Source: Nemertoderma westbladi
Lineage: Eukaryota; Animalia; Xenacoelomorpha
Length of the DNA stretch: 49,108 nt
Assembly (NCBI GenBank): GCA_032718475.1
Contig: JAUCBJ010001394.1
Location: 1-49,108, forward strand
Direction: 5' to 3'
Shown in pieces: positions 1-12,106 of the stretch. Below the pieces are notes generated by a model, which saw only the letters and a program-made list of their open reading frames with translations, was not told the DNA's origin and ran no database searches. Position 1 is the first letter of the stretch. Every line of letters starts with the position of its first letter. A program made the position numbers and the translations under genes.

Positions 1-312
1 AAAAAATCCGCATTCGTAACGCATGGGATGGCGCATATTTCACGCATTCGTAACGCATTCTGAAATGTTACATAGATGAACCATGCGATACGAATGCGAA
101 AACCGAACCAAATACGCATCCTTTATTCGCATATCGAATGTAATACGAACCTTATTCGAATCCCGCACATTTTACGAATGCGCCCCTAATCTTATACGAA
201 TGTTTCCCGCACACTATACGAATGCGTCCCGCATGTTATATACGAATGTTTCCCACGCTATACGAATGCGTTACGAATGTTTTACGAGTGTTATACGAAT
301 GTTTACCGCAGG
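1..312. repeat. TACGAATG-rich subterminal repeats, probably the right end of a DNA transposon cut by the window edge
   Basis: Many tacgaatg / cattcgta motifs in both orientations, ending abruptly at gtttaccgcagg. Confidence 0.5.
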
Positions 313-850
313 ATTTTTATTTTTTTTATTATTTTGCTACAGTCTACATAGTTTTAACAGTTTACAACTGTTAAAACGTGTCCATTTTATTTTATTTTTT
401 TAAATATACTTGATATTCCGAATCGAATATGAAAGCCATTTTCAATTTCCCCAAAAAAATGTTCAGATATAATTCAAGAGCACGCAATTTCAGACGTAAA
501 TCGTTATAGTTCTGATTATTTTATTATCTAGAATATTAATTTCAAGCTTTTAATTAATTTAATTAATCTTATTAATTATTATTGATGGTTTATTATTTTT
601 TATGATATTTTATTATTATATTATTTTATTATTATATTATTTTATTATTATATTATTTTATTATTATATATATTTGTATTATTATTATATACTAGAAAGC
701 CTGTGGCCCTTCGGGCCACAGCTTTCTAGTGCACGTGCAGATGATATATGAATATGTGTGGGAGATTGGAGAACTACATACGGAACAGACACCATCATTA
801 AATAAAACACCACCCCCATAAGAGATAACTGTCAAGTTTCAACTTTAGTC

Positions 851-2692
851 TCTAGCATATTTATTTAACCTATGTATCACAACAGGTCATTATCCAGTTT
901 CTCTTAAACAATCTAAAATAATCCCATGTTTTAAGGGGGGTGATCCACTAGATTCTAATAACTATAGGCCAATATCATTTTTGCCAGTTTTTACAAAAAT
1001 TCTAGAACAGGTTATATACTCACAGCTTCAATCTTATTTAGATCGTTTCTGTATTTTGACTGCATCACAATTCGGTTTTCGAAAGAGGATTTCTACGGCT
1101 TCGGCTATTCTAACGGTTACAGAAAAAATTAGATTTCACCTTGACTCAAAAGAATCTATCTGCGCAATTTATCTAGATTTAAAAAAAGCGTTTGATACGC
1201 TGAACCACTCTACCTTATTTAAAAAATTAGAATCTTACGGAATTCGAGGCACCCCCCAGACTTTACTTAGGAGTTTTCTAACAGACCGTACACAAGCAGT
1301 ATCCTTAAATGGCGTAATCTCACCCACTCTTCCGGTAACCTGCGGAACGCCCCAGGGTTCAGTCCTTTCACCATTGCTGTTTCTTTTATATGTGAACGAC
1401 TTACCGGACGCATCCAAATTTTTGACAACTTTATTTGCCGACGATACGACGTTACTGGGCTTCAATTCAGACTTAAAACTATTGATTAACAACACAAACA
1501 CTGAACTGGAAAAAATTTCGGACTGGCTTATAGACAACTCATTATCACTTAATCTTAGTAAAACAGAATACTCTATTTTTAGTAATAAAAACTGCCTTGG
1601 ACTACCGAAAGTTAAAATTAAAGCCAATGAAATTACTAAGGTTAATAGCACTAAGTACTTAGGTGTCTTTATCGATGACAATTTGAGCTGGAAAACGCAT
1701 ATAAATTACAACCTTAAAAAAATATCTAGATCCTCCGGACTTTTTTATAAATTAAGACACTTTTTCCCAAGCCAAATTTTACGTACGCTGTATTATACAT
1801 TAATTAATCCTTACATCACTTATGGAATTCTTGCTTGGGGTACTGCCTGCAAATCAATAACACGTCCACTAAGAATTAAAGTTAATAAAATCTTGCGTTG
1901 CATAACATTTAGTGACTACCGGGCTCACTCTGTGCCACTTTACAAATCACTAAATGTTTTGCCAATCGAATCTATATTTGAATTACAATTAGGCCAGTTA
2001 ATGTACGATATATCAAAATCTTCTAATAATCACCCTCTTTCAAATTTTTTTACTAAATTGTCTGATATTCATTTATATAACACCCGTTCATCTACTTTAG
2101 GCAAATTCGTAGTACCGTTAACCCGTCTCAATGTAGCACACCAAGGATTATCAGTCACTGGGCCAGTATTGTGGAACAGTCTCCCCTCTAGTCTAATTAT
2201 TAGCAAATCTAAATTTTCATTTAAACGTCAATTTAAAACATACCTATTTGAACACATGACGTAACGTCATAATAATACATTACACAATATCTCCCTATAT
2301 GTCTGGCTCTATCTTATTATATTTCCTTCTCACATACACTGCGACTGGACTGTTTCTTCACTACAGTGTATTGTAAAATGGTTAATTAAATTATTTTATT
2401 TCCTTGTGATCCTGATCAACAATTATTAAAGGTTTATAACAGTTCTTATTTTATCTTTTTTCAAATATATAATACTTAGTTACATATACAGTACATTTAC
2501 CCTTGGTCGGTTGGCAGCCTCGACTAGCCTGGCTATTGCTGCAACCCTTACCAACCCACCGCCTCGCACACTGCATACACATTTTCTTTTTCTTTATATT
2601 CCATTACAACTAAACTGTGCGTTGGTGATGGTTCTAATTATAAAATTTTCCTATAAATAACAATATAAATAACAAAAAAATAAATAACAAAA
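851..2692 (+). mobile_element. 5'-truncated CR1-group (CR1/L2/Crack/Daphne-like) LINE
   Basis: RT frame open from 852, 3' UTR, (TAAATAACAA)n tail, 5-bp TSD TAGTC at 846-850 and 2693-2697; empty site visible in Helitron copy 3. Confidence 0.9.
852..2264 (+). CDS. LINE ORF2 fragment: reverse transcriptase and C-terminal region (no start, no endonuclease)
   Basis: NYRPISFLP, QFGFR, LDLKKAFD, GTPQGSVLSPLLF, FADD, KYLGV, HLYNTRS; no stops or frameshifts. Confidence 0.92.
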   Translation, partial: LAYLFNLCITTGHYPVSLKQSKIIPCFKGGDPLDSNNYRPISFLPVFTKILEQVIYSQLQSYLDRFCILTASQFGFRKRISTASAILTVTEKIRFHLDSKESICAIYLDLKKAFDTLNHSTLFKKLESYGIRGTPQTLLRSFLTDRTQAVSLNGVISPTLPVTCGTPQGSVLSPLLFLLYVNDLPDASKFLTTLFADDTTLLGFNSDLKLLINNTNTELEKISDWLIDNSLSLNLSKTEYSIFSNKNCLGLPKVKIKANEITKVNSTKYLGVFIDDNLSWKTHINYNLKKISRSSGLFYKLRHFFPSQILRTLYYTLINPYITYGILAWGTACKSITRPLRIKVNKILRCITFSDYRAHSVPLYKSLNVLPIESIFELQLGQLMYDISKSSNNHPLSNFFTKLSDIHLYNTRSSTLGKFVVPLTRLNVAHQGLSVTGPVLWNSLPSSLIISKSKFSFKRQFKTYLFEHMT

Positions 2693-4755
2693 TAGTCAGA
2701 TTGTAAATAACAAAATTTCCAGAAAATGATCACTTTCAGATCCACCCTCTACCTGCGGACTGGTGAAATGCAGACGGTGCTGCAGTTTGGTAAAGATGGG
2801 GTTTATGGTGAATTAAAATGCCTGCCTTTCAAGTTTCTGCTTAAACAGATTGTAAATAACAAAATTGGTGTAGATGTTCACATTCAGACTTCTAGCGGTA
2901 GACTGAAGAACTGTAGACGACTCTGGGACTCCGTAAAGATACAGAATATGCTGTAGTAGATTCCTGCCAAGTTTCAGCTCAAAGGGATTAAAAAGAACCA
3001 ATTGGGATGAGGTGTTCACTATCAGACAATTCGCCCTCTAGCGGCAGATAGGGGAACTGTATACAACTCTGCGACTCCGTAAAGGTAGAGCCTATGCTGT
3101 AGTAGATGCCTACCAAGTTTCAGTCTAAACCGTTTGTAAATAACAAAGTTGGAGAAGATGTTAACTTTCAGACATTTCACCCTCTAGCGGTAGACTGGGG
3201 AAGTGTATAGGACTCTGCAACTCCGTAAAGATAGAGCCTAGGATGTAGTAGATACCTGCCAAGTTTCAGCTCAAAAGGATTAAAAAGAACCAAATGGGAT
3301 GAGGTTTTCACTATCAGACAATTCGCCCTCTTGCGGCTGACTGTGGAACTGTAGACGACTCTACTACTCCGCAAAGATATAGCCTATGCTATAGTAGATG
3401 CCTACCAAGTTTCAGTCTAAAAGGTTTGTAAATAACAAAGTTGGAGAAGATGTTAACTTTCATACATTTCGCCCTCTAGCGGCAGAAGCGGGTACTGTAG
3501 ACAACTCTGCGCGACTCAGTAAAGATATAGCCTATGCTGTAGTAGATGCCTACCAAGTTCAGTCTAAATGGATTATAAATAACAAAGTTGGAGAAGATGT
3601 TAACTTTCAGACATTTCGCCCTCTAGCGGTAGACTGGGGAATTGTAGACGACTCTGCGACTCAGTAAAGATACAGCCTATGCTGTAGTAGATGCCTACCA
3701 AGTTTCAGTCTAAACGGATTGTAAATAACAAAGTTGGAGAAGATGTTAACTCTCAGACATTTAGCCCTCTAACGGTAGACTGGGGAACTGTGGACAACTC
3801 AGTGACTCCGGAAATATACACCCTATGCTGCAGTATATAGCTACCAAGTTTCAGCTCAAAAGCATTAAAAACAACCCAATGAGATCAGGTTTTCACTATC
3901 GGACAATTCGCCCTCTAGCGGCAGATGGGGGAACTTCAGACGGCTCTGAGTATTACGTTGCAACGAGTTAGGATCAAGACCTATCTAACGAGCTATAGTA
4001 AGCGAGATTTCATCGAGATTAGATGTATAATATTAGATAAAATAATAATACAGTAAGTATAGGCCTACAGAAATAATTATTTTACTTTTAATATTCATAA
4101 CAGTAAAACAAAAATGTTATAAACCTCTCCTTCCATGCAGCCAATGATTGAGAAAGAAGAATTACACTTGAGCAGTTCGCAACAGACAACCCAAACCCAC
4201 CCCAATCAACACTCCAGCCTGCTTGCTCCTTATCTGTGCCCAGCCAGCTAGCTGCAAGTTCAATAATTACCTTAACGTTGCTATGATACAGAAAACAATC
4301 CTTCCATATTCAATAACAATAGGCCAATTCGATCGTGCTTGGCGAATATGACATATTTATACACTATTTGATTTTTAATCAATAAATAATCATACATATT
4401 TATATTAAACACTCGAATAAAATAAAAACTTTGTGAGAATGGGACACGGCGAATCTACCCATGTTAATTTTATACCAGGTGGGATAAATGTTAGCCCTCT
4501 AAATAATTAATTACCGATAGAAGAACCGAAATAATTCGATAAATTTCGCCCGAAAATCACGAAAATCGCCCTCTAGCGGCAGACGAGCGAACTTCAGACG
4601 ACTCTGAGTATTACGTTGCAACGAGTTAGGGCGAGACCTTTCTAACGAGCTATAGTAAGCGAGATTTCATCGAGATGGGTTCGATTGTATAGCCGATGAC
4701 AAACACACAGACAGACAGACTGACTGACAGACAATCGATATTTATATATATTAGA

Positions 4756-7700
4756 CTAGAAAGCCTGTGGCCCTTCGGGCCACAGCTTTCTAGTGCACGT
4801 GCAGATGATATATGAATATGTGTGGGAGATTTGAGAACTGCATACGGAACAGACACCATCATTAAATAAAACACCACCCCCATAAGAGATAACTGTCAAG
4901 TTTCAACTTTAGGCAGATTGTAAATAACAAAATTTCCAGAAAATGATCACTTTCAGATCCACCCTCTACCTGCGGACTGGTGAAATGCAGACGGCGCTGC
5001 AGTTTGGTAAAGATTGGGTTTATGGTGAAGTAAAATGCCTGCCTTTCAAGTTTCAGCTTAAACAGATTGTAAATAACAAAATTGGTGTAGATGTTCACAT
5101 TCAGACATTTCACCCTCTAGCGGTAGACTGAAGAACTGTAGACGACTCTGGGACTCCGTAAAGATACAGAATATGCTGTAGTAGATTCCTGCCAAGTTCC
5201 AGCTCAATAGGATTAAAAAGAACCAAATGGGATGAGGTGTTCACTATCAGATATTCCGCCCTCTAGCGGCAGATACGGACTGCCACCAGCGGGGATCGAA
5301 CCCGCGTCTCCCGAAAAACGTTCAGTTATGCTAACCACTTAGAACTCTGTGACTCCGAAAAGGTACAGCCTATGCTGTAGTAGAAGCCTACCAAGTTTCA
5401 GTCTAAACCGTTAGTAAATAACAAGTTGGAGAAGATGTTAACTTTCAGACATTTCACCCTCTAGCGGTAGACTGGGGAAGTGAATAGGATTCTGCAACCC
5501 CGTAAAGATACAGCCTATGATGTAGTAGATACCAACCAAGTTTCAGCTCAAAATGATTAAAAAGAACCAAATGGGATGAGGTTTTCACTATCAGACAATT
5601 CGCCCTCTAGCGGCTGACTGTCGAACTGTAGATGACTCTACTACTCCGCAAAGATATAGCCTATGCTATAGTAGATGCCTACCAAGTTTCAGTCTAAAAG
5701 GATTGTAAATAACAAAGTTGGAGGAGATGTTAACTTTCAGACATTTCGCCCTCTAGCGGTAGACTGGGGAATTGTAGACGACTCTGCGACTCAGTAAAGA
5801 TACAGCCTTTGCTGTAGTAGATGCCTACCAAGTTTCAGTCTAAACGGATTGTAAATAACAAAGTTGGAGAAGATGTTAACTCTCAGACATTTAGCCCTCT
5901 AGCGGTAGACTGAGGAATTGTAGACGACTCTGCGACTCTGTAAAGATACAGGCTTTGCTGTAGTAGATGCCTACCAAGTTTCAGTCTAAACGGATTGTAA
6001 ATAACAAAGTTGGAGAAGATGTTAACTCTCAGACATTTCGCCCTCTAGCGGTAGACTGGGGAATTGTAGACGACTCTGCGACTCAGTAAAGATACAGCCT
6101 TTGCTGTAGTAGATGCCTACCAAGTTTCAGTCTAAACGGATTGTAAATAACAAAGTTGGAGAAGATGTTAACTCTCAGACATTTAGCCCTCTAACGGTAG
6201 ACTGGGGAATTGTAGACGACTCTGCGACTCAGTAAAGATACAGCCTTTGCTGTAGTAGATGCCTACCAAGTTTCAGTCTAAACGGATTGTAAATAACAAA
6301 GTTGGAGAAGATGTTAACTTTCAGACATTTCGCCCTCTAGCGGTAGACTGGGGAATTGTAGACGACCTCTAGCGGCAGATAGGGGAACTGTATACAACTC
6401 TGCGACTTAGTAAATGTAGAGCCTATGCTGTAGTAGATGCCTACCAAGTTTCAGTCTAAACCGTTTGTAAATAACAAAGTTGGAGAAGATGTTAACTTTC
6501 AGACATTTCACCCTCTAGCGGTAGACCGGGGAAGTGTATAGGACTCTGCAACTCCGTAAAGATAGAGCCTATGATGTAGTAGATACCTGCCAAGTTTCAG
6601 CTCAAAAGGATTAAAAAGAACCAAATGGGATGAGGTTTTCACTATCAGACAATTCGCCCTCTTGCGGCTGACTGTGGAACTGTAGACGACTCTACTACTC
6701 CGCAAAGATATAGCCTATGCTATAGTAGATGCCTACCAAGTTTCAGTCTAAAAGGTTTGTAAATAACAAAGTTGGAGGAGATGTTAACTTTCATACATTT
6801 CGCCCTCTAGCGGCAGACGCGGGTAATGTAGACAACTCTGCGCGACTCAGTAAAGATATAGCCTATGCTGTAGTAGATGCCTACCAAGTTCAGTCTAAAT
6901 GGATTATAAATAACAAAGTTGGAGAAGATGGTAACTTTCAGACATTTCACCCTCTAGCGGTAGACTGGGGAAGTGTATAGGACTCTGCAACTCCACAAAG
7001 ATAGAGCCTAGGATGTAGTAGATACCTGCCAAGTTTCAGCTCAAAAGGATTAAAGAGAACCAAATGGGATGGGTTTTCACTATCAGACAATTCGCCCTCT
7101 TGCGGCTGACTGTGGAACAGTAGACGACTCTACTACTCCGCAAAGATATAGCCTATGCTATAGTAGATGCCTACCAAGTTTCAGTCTAAAAGGTTTGTAA
7201 ATAACAAAGTTGGAGAAGATGTTATCTTTCATACATTTCGCCCTCTAGCGGCAGACGCGGGTACTGTAGACAACTCTGCGCGACTCAGTAAAGATATAGC
7301 CTATGCTGTAGTAGATGCCTACCAAGTTCAGTCTAAATGGATTATAAATAACAACGTTGGAGAAGATGTTAACTTGCAGACATTTCGCCCTCTAGCGGTA
7401 GACTGGGAAATTGTAGACGACTCTGCGACTCAGTAAAGATTCAGCCTATGCTGTAGTAGATGCCTACCAAGTTTCAGTCAAAACGGATTGTAAATAATAA
7501 AGTTGGAGAAGATGTTAACTCTCAGACATTTAGCCCTCTAACGGTAGACTGGGGAACTGTAGACAACCCAGTGACTCCGGAAATATACAGCCTATGCTGC
7601 TGCTGCAGTATATAGCTACCACGTTTCAGCTCAAAAGCATTAAAAACAACCCTATAAGATCAGGTTTTCACTATCGGATAATTCGCCCTCTAGCGGCAGA

Positions 7701-7871
7701 CGGTGGAACTTCAGACGGCTCTGAGTATTACGTTGCAACGAGTTAGGGCGAGACCTATCTAACGAGCTATAGTAAGCGAGATTTCATCGAGATTAGATGT
7801 ATAATATTAGATAAAATAATAATACAGTAAGTATAGGCCTACAGAAATAATTATTTTACTTTTAATATTCA
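4756..7871 (-). mobile_element. Non-autonomous Helitron copy 2, expanded internal array, 5' part missing
   Basis: Same 3' terminus starts at 4756, joined directly to the 5' TC end of copy 1; stops at ...tttaatattca where copy 3 begins. Confidence 0.82.
5275..5342 (-). other. tRNA-like or tRNA-SINE head fragment inserted in a Helitron repeat unit
   Basis: Reverse complement has A-box-like TAAGTGGTTAG and B-box GCGGGTTCGATCCCCGC T-arm; absent from the equivalent unit in other copies. Confidence 0.7.
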
Positions 7872-9954
7872 CTAGAAAGCCTGTGGCCCTTCGGGCCACA
7901 GCTTTCTAGTGCACGTGCAGATGATATATGAATATGTGTGGGAGATATGAGAACTGCATACGGAACAGACACCATCATTAAATAAAACACCACCCCCATA
8001 AGAGATAACTGTCAAGTTTCAACTTTAGTCAGATTGTAAATAACAAAATTTCCAGAAAATGATCACTTTCAGATCCACCCTCTACCTGCGGACTGGTGAA
8101 ATGCAGACGGCGCTGCAGTTTGGTAAAGATGGGGTTTATGGTGAAGTAAAATGCCTGCCTTTCAAGTTTCAGCTTAAACAGATTGTAAATAACAAAATTG
8201 GTGTAGATGTTCACATTCAGACATTTCACCCTCTAGCGGTAGACTGAAGAACTGTAGACGACTCTGGGACTCCGTAAAGATACAGAATATGCTGTAGTAG
8301 ATTCCTGCCAAGTTCCAGCTCAATAGGATTAAAAAGAACCAAATGGGATGAGGTGTTCACTATCAGATATGTCGCCCTCTAGCGGCAGATGGGGGGACTG
8401 TATACAACTCTGTGACTCCGTAAAGGTACAGCCTATGCTGTAGTAGATGCCTACCAAGTTTCAGTCTAAACCGTTAGTAAATAACAAAGTTGTAGAAGAT
8501 GTTAACTTTCAGACATTTCACCCTCTAGCGGTAGACTGGGGAAGTGAATAGGATTCTGCAACCCCATAAAGATACAGCCTATGATGTAGTAGATACCAAC
8601 CAAGTTTCAGCTCAAAATGATTAAAAAGAACCAAATGGGATGAGGTTTTCACTATCAGACAATTCGCCCTCTAGCGGCCGACTGTGGAACTGTAGACGAC
8701 TCTACTACTCCGCAAAGATATAGCCTATGCTATAGTAGATGCCTACCAAGTTTCAGTCTAAAAGGATTGTAAATAACAAAGTTGGAGGAGATGTTAACTT
8801 TCATACATTTCGCCCTCTAGCGGCAGACGCGGGTAATGTAGACAACTCTGCGCGACTCAGTAAAGATACAGCCTATGCTGTAGTAGATGCCTACCAAGTT
8901 TCAGTCTAAACGGATTGTAAATAACAAAGTTGGATAAGATGTTAACTCTCAGACATTTAGCCCTCTAACGGTAGACTGGGGAACTGTGGACAACTCAGTG
9001 ACTCCGGAAATATACAGCCTATGCTGCAGTATATAGCTACCAAGTTTCAGCTAAAAAGCATTAAAAACAACCCAATAAGATCAGGTTTTCACTATCGGAC
9101 AATTCGCCCTCTAGCGGCAGATGGGGGAACTTCAGATGGCTCTGAGTATTACGTTGCAACGAGTTAGGGCAAGACCTATCTAACGAGCTATAGTAAGCGA
9201 GATTTCATCGAGATTAGATGTATAATATTAGATAAAATAATAATACAGTAAGTATAGGCCTACAGAAATAATTATTTTACTTTTAATATTCATAACAGTA
9301 AAACAAAAATGTTATAAACCTCTCCTTCCATGCAGCCAATGATTGAGAAAGCAGAATTACACTTGAGCAGTTCGCAACAGACAACCCAAACCCACCCCAA
9401 TCAACACTCCAGCGTGCTTGCTCCTTATCTGTGCCCAGCTAGCTGCGATTTCAATAATTACCTTAACGTTGCTATGATACAGAAAAAAATCCTTCCCTAT
9501 TCACTACAGCACTAAGAATAGGCCAATTCGATCGTGCTTGGCGAATATGACATATTTATACACTATTTGGTTTTTAATCAATAAATAATCATACATATTT
9601 ATATTAAACACTCGAATAAAATAAAAACTTTGTGAGAATGGGACACGGCGAATCTACCCATGTTAATTTTATACCAGGTGGGATAAATGTTAGCCCTCTA
9701 AATAATTAATTACCGATAGAAGAACCGAAATAATTCGATAAATTTCGCCCGAAAATCAAGAAAATCGCCCTCTAGCGGCAGACGGGCGAACTTCAGACGA
9801 CTCTGAGTATTACGTTGCAACGAGTTAGAGCGAGACCTTTCTAACGAGCTATAGCAAGCGAGATTTCATCGAGATGGGTTCGATTGTATAGCCGATGACA
9901 AACACACAGACAGACTGACTGACTGACAGACAATCGATATTTATATATATTAGA
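7872..9954 (-). mobile_element. Non-autonomous Helitron copy 3 (complete, about 2.1 kb)
   Basis: Both termini present (ctagaaagcc... to ...atatattaga), flanked by A on the left and T on the right on the + strand. Confidence 0.85.
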
Positions 9955-10842
9955 TAGATTAGTAATTAAGACAAGATAATTTAATAAAGAGTTTCAAAAG
10001 AGTTAAGGCAATAGTACTAATATAAACTGAAAAGCAATATCGGAAAGTACTGTACAAAGTGTGGGAGGTAACATCTGAAGACACTTTATGCTAATCACCT
10101 TTTGGTCTCAAATGTGAAGGTCGCTGTCATTCTGTTAGGTAGCGAGCCATACTACTGTAAATATGTTCAGTACCATGTTAATTATCCATTCCCCTGGATA
10201 CATATTTACCAACTTTTATCCATGTCTTCCCCATTGCACACAATGTAGACCCTGTACCTACTTGGAAAGCCAAACTACCCATGAAACCAGACATTCAGGC
10301 ACTTGGATATACCCGGAGTTAACGTTTTCATGCAACTCCCAATGTTCAATTGACTTTGAACATACCGCGATTTGGGCTCACTTTGGTTTGATTGACAGTT
10401 ACAACTCTGGTTTACAACAGCTGTGGTTTGCACTTAACAAAAAAACTTCTTAATATCACTTATAATATAAAGATTTTTTTAAATATTTTCGGCCCAAATG
10501 GCGCCCCATACATTCTGTTAGGTAGCGAGCCATACTAAATAGGTATATTGATTGCTATAAAATAAGTTCACGATAATATTCTTGGATGGCGTGTAAATAG
10601 GATGTCAAAGTGCACACAGGGATAAATCCTGCGACAACCATCACCAGGGAAATTATGTGGCATAATCGCCATTTTTACGACCATTTTTATTATACTTCTA
10701 ACAGTAAAGTTGACACCAAACTAGAGTCATATAGCTAAAATTGTATACCAATTAGAAAGCCTATAATATTATTATTATTTGTTTATTCGCCCAATTAAAA
10801 GAATATACATACTGTATATTATATATATATATATATATATAT

Positions 10843-11652
10843 TTATCACCATTACTATTTGTAATTGTACTGGATTACGCAATGAGGACGGCCACAAAGG
10901 GTGAAGATCTGGGATTCACACTTCAAGAACGCAGAAGTATTAGATATCCGGCAACTACAGTCACAGACACCGACTTTGCGGATGACATCGCCCTGCTCTC
11001 TAATACGCTAGCAGTTGCACAGATTCTACTAAATAAAGTGGAGAGGGCTGCTAAGGAGGTTAGATTGCATATAAATGCTACAAAGACCGAATTCATGACC
11101 TTTACTGTTGATGGAAATTTGACAACCATTGATAATAATCAACTAAGGAACGTCGACGACTTCCAGTACCTTGGATCATGGATAGAGAGTAGCAAAAAGG
11201 ACATAGAAGTTAGGAAAGCAAAGGCTTGGGTAGCTCTATCAAAAATGGATACCATCTGGAAATCAGATCTCTCCAGGCACCTCAAGACTAAGTTCTTTCG
11301 AGCCACAGTGGAAAGTGTATTTTTATACGGGGGTGAGACCTGGACATGGACACTGACTAAATCACTTGAACAACAATACCACCTGTATCAACCACCCTCC
11401 GTGAACGCAGATTAAGATTCAGTGGGCACTGCTGGCGAAGTAAAGACGAGGTCATACCAGATCTACTTCTCTGGCAACCAACTCATGGAAGGCGTAGTCG
11501 TGGACGACCGGCCATAACATATATACAGTAGATCAACTTGAAAGGGATACTGAACTTGGGAGAAACGAAATTGCGACAACTATGGAGAATCGGGAAGCCT
11601 GGAAAGATCTCATTTCCACTGTCCGAGTTCGCTCGACCTAGTAGTAGTAGTA
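10843..11652 (+). mobile_element. 5'-truncated, decayed RTE-type LINE
   Basis: LSPLLFVIVLDYAMR, DTDFADDIALL, FQYLGS, KAW...IWKS, VFLYGGETW, then GHCWR and RGRP in a shifted frame; (TAG)n tail; next to (TA)n. Confidence 0.88.
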
Positions 11653-12106
11653 TAGCCTCTAGTTGTGATTAGTGTAAGTCATAACTCTGTTTGATACTTA
11701 AAGCGCCACGTCCCAAAGGAACTGTTAATATTTCCCCGAAACTAAATATAGTTGTCGGAGATTATATAGTAGCGATCAATCGAATAATACAAAGTAGCCT
11801 ACTGCAATAACTTTCTCTAGAACCGAATCCAGTCTCCCACACTGTGGGTCATACGCCGCGCATAGACTGGTTTCAACTGATGTCAATTGGCAAGGGCAAT
11901 AGTCGATTTAAGGAGACACTTAAATTAGCAGGTTAAACTGTTAAAGGTCTAAAAGCGCGTGCTGTGTCCATCTAAATTCTTCGTATGTGACATGTTTATT
12001 GTAATTCTATAGTTGCATAGTATTTTTCGAATTGAGTTTATTCGGTACTAGTGTGTTTTGGGCACACCTTCCATACAACCAGGTTGTTCGGTTGTCTGAT
12101 ACATTC

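Larger units (their letters stand above)
692..4755 (-). mobile_element. Non-autonomous Helitron copy 1 (interrupted by LINE at 851..2692)
   Basis: Minus strand begins TCTAATATATATAAA followed by (GTCT/GTCA)n and ends with hairpin TGTGGCCC-GAA-GGGCCACA + GGCTTTCTAG followed by host T; internal 146-bp tandem array. Confidence 0.85.
2698..9145. repeat. 146-bp tandem repeat arrays inside the Helitrons (about 2698-3950, 4913-7725, 8030-9145), two subtypes
   Basis: Motif (cg/ca)ccctctagcgg recurs at 3032, 3178, 3324, 3470, 3617, 3763, 3909; subtypes taaataacaaagttggagaagatg and taaaaagaaccaaatgggatgag. Confidence 0.92.

Noticed and set aside
83-403. 106-aa ORF
   Set aside because: Lies in TACGAATG subterminal repeats; no protein features
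1235-1681. 148-aa minus-strand ORF
   Set aside because: Antisense shadow of the LINE RT
981-2264. Bacterial RT system (retron, DGR, group II intron)
   Set aside because: Motifs, 3' tail, TSD and 5' truncation are those of a non-LTR retrotransposon
5275-5342. Functional tRNA gene
   Set aside because: 5' acceptor strand missing and no clean anticodon arm; fragment only
2726-9515. Recurrent short ORFs (MITFRST, MPTKFQS, MRSSRVV)
   Set aside because: Chance frames within Helitron repeat units; no RepHel motifs
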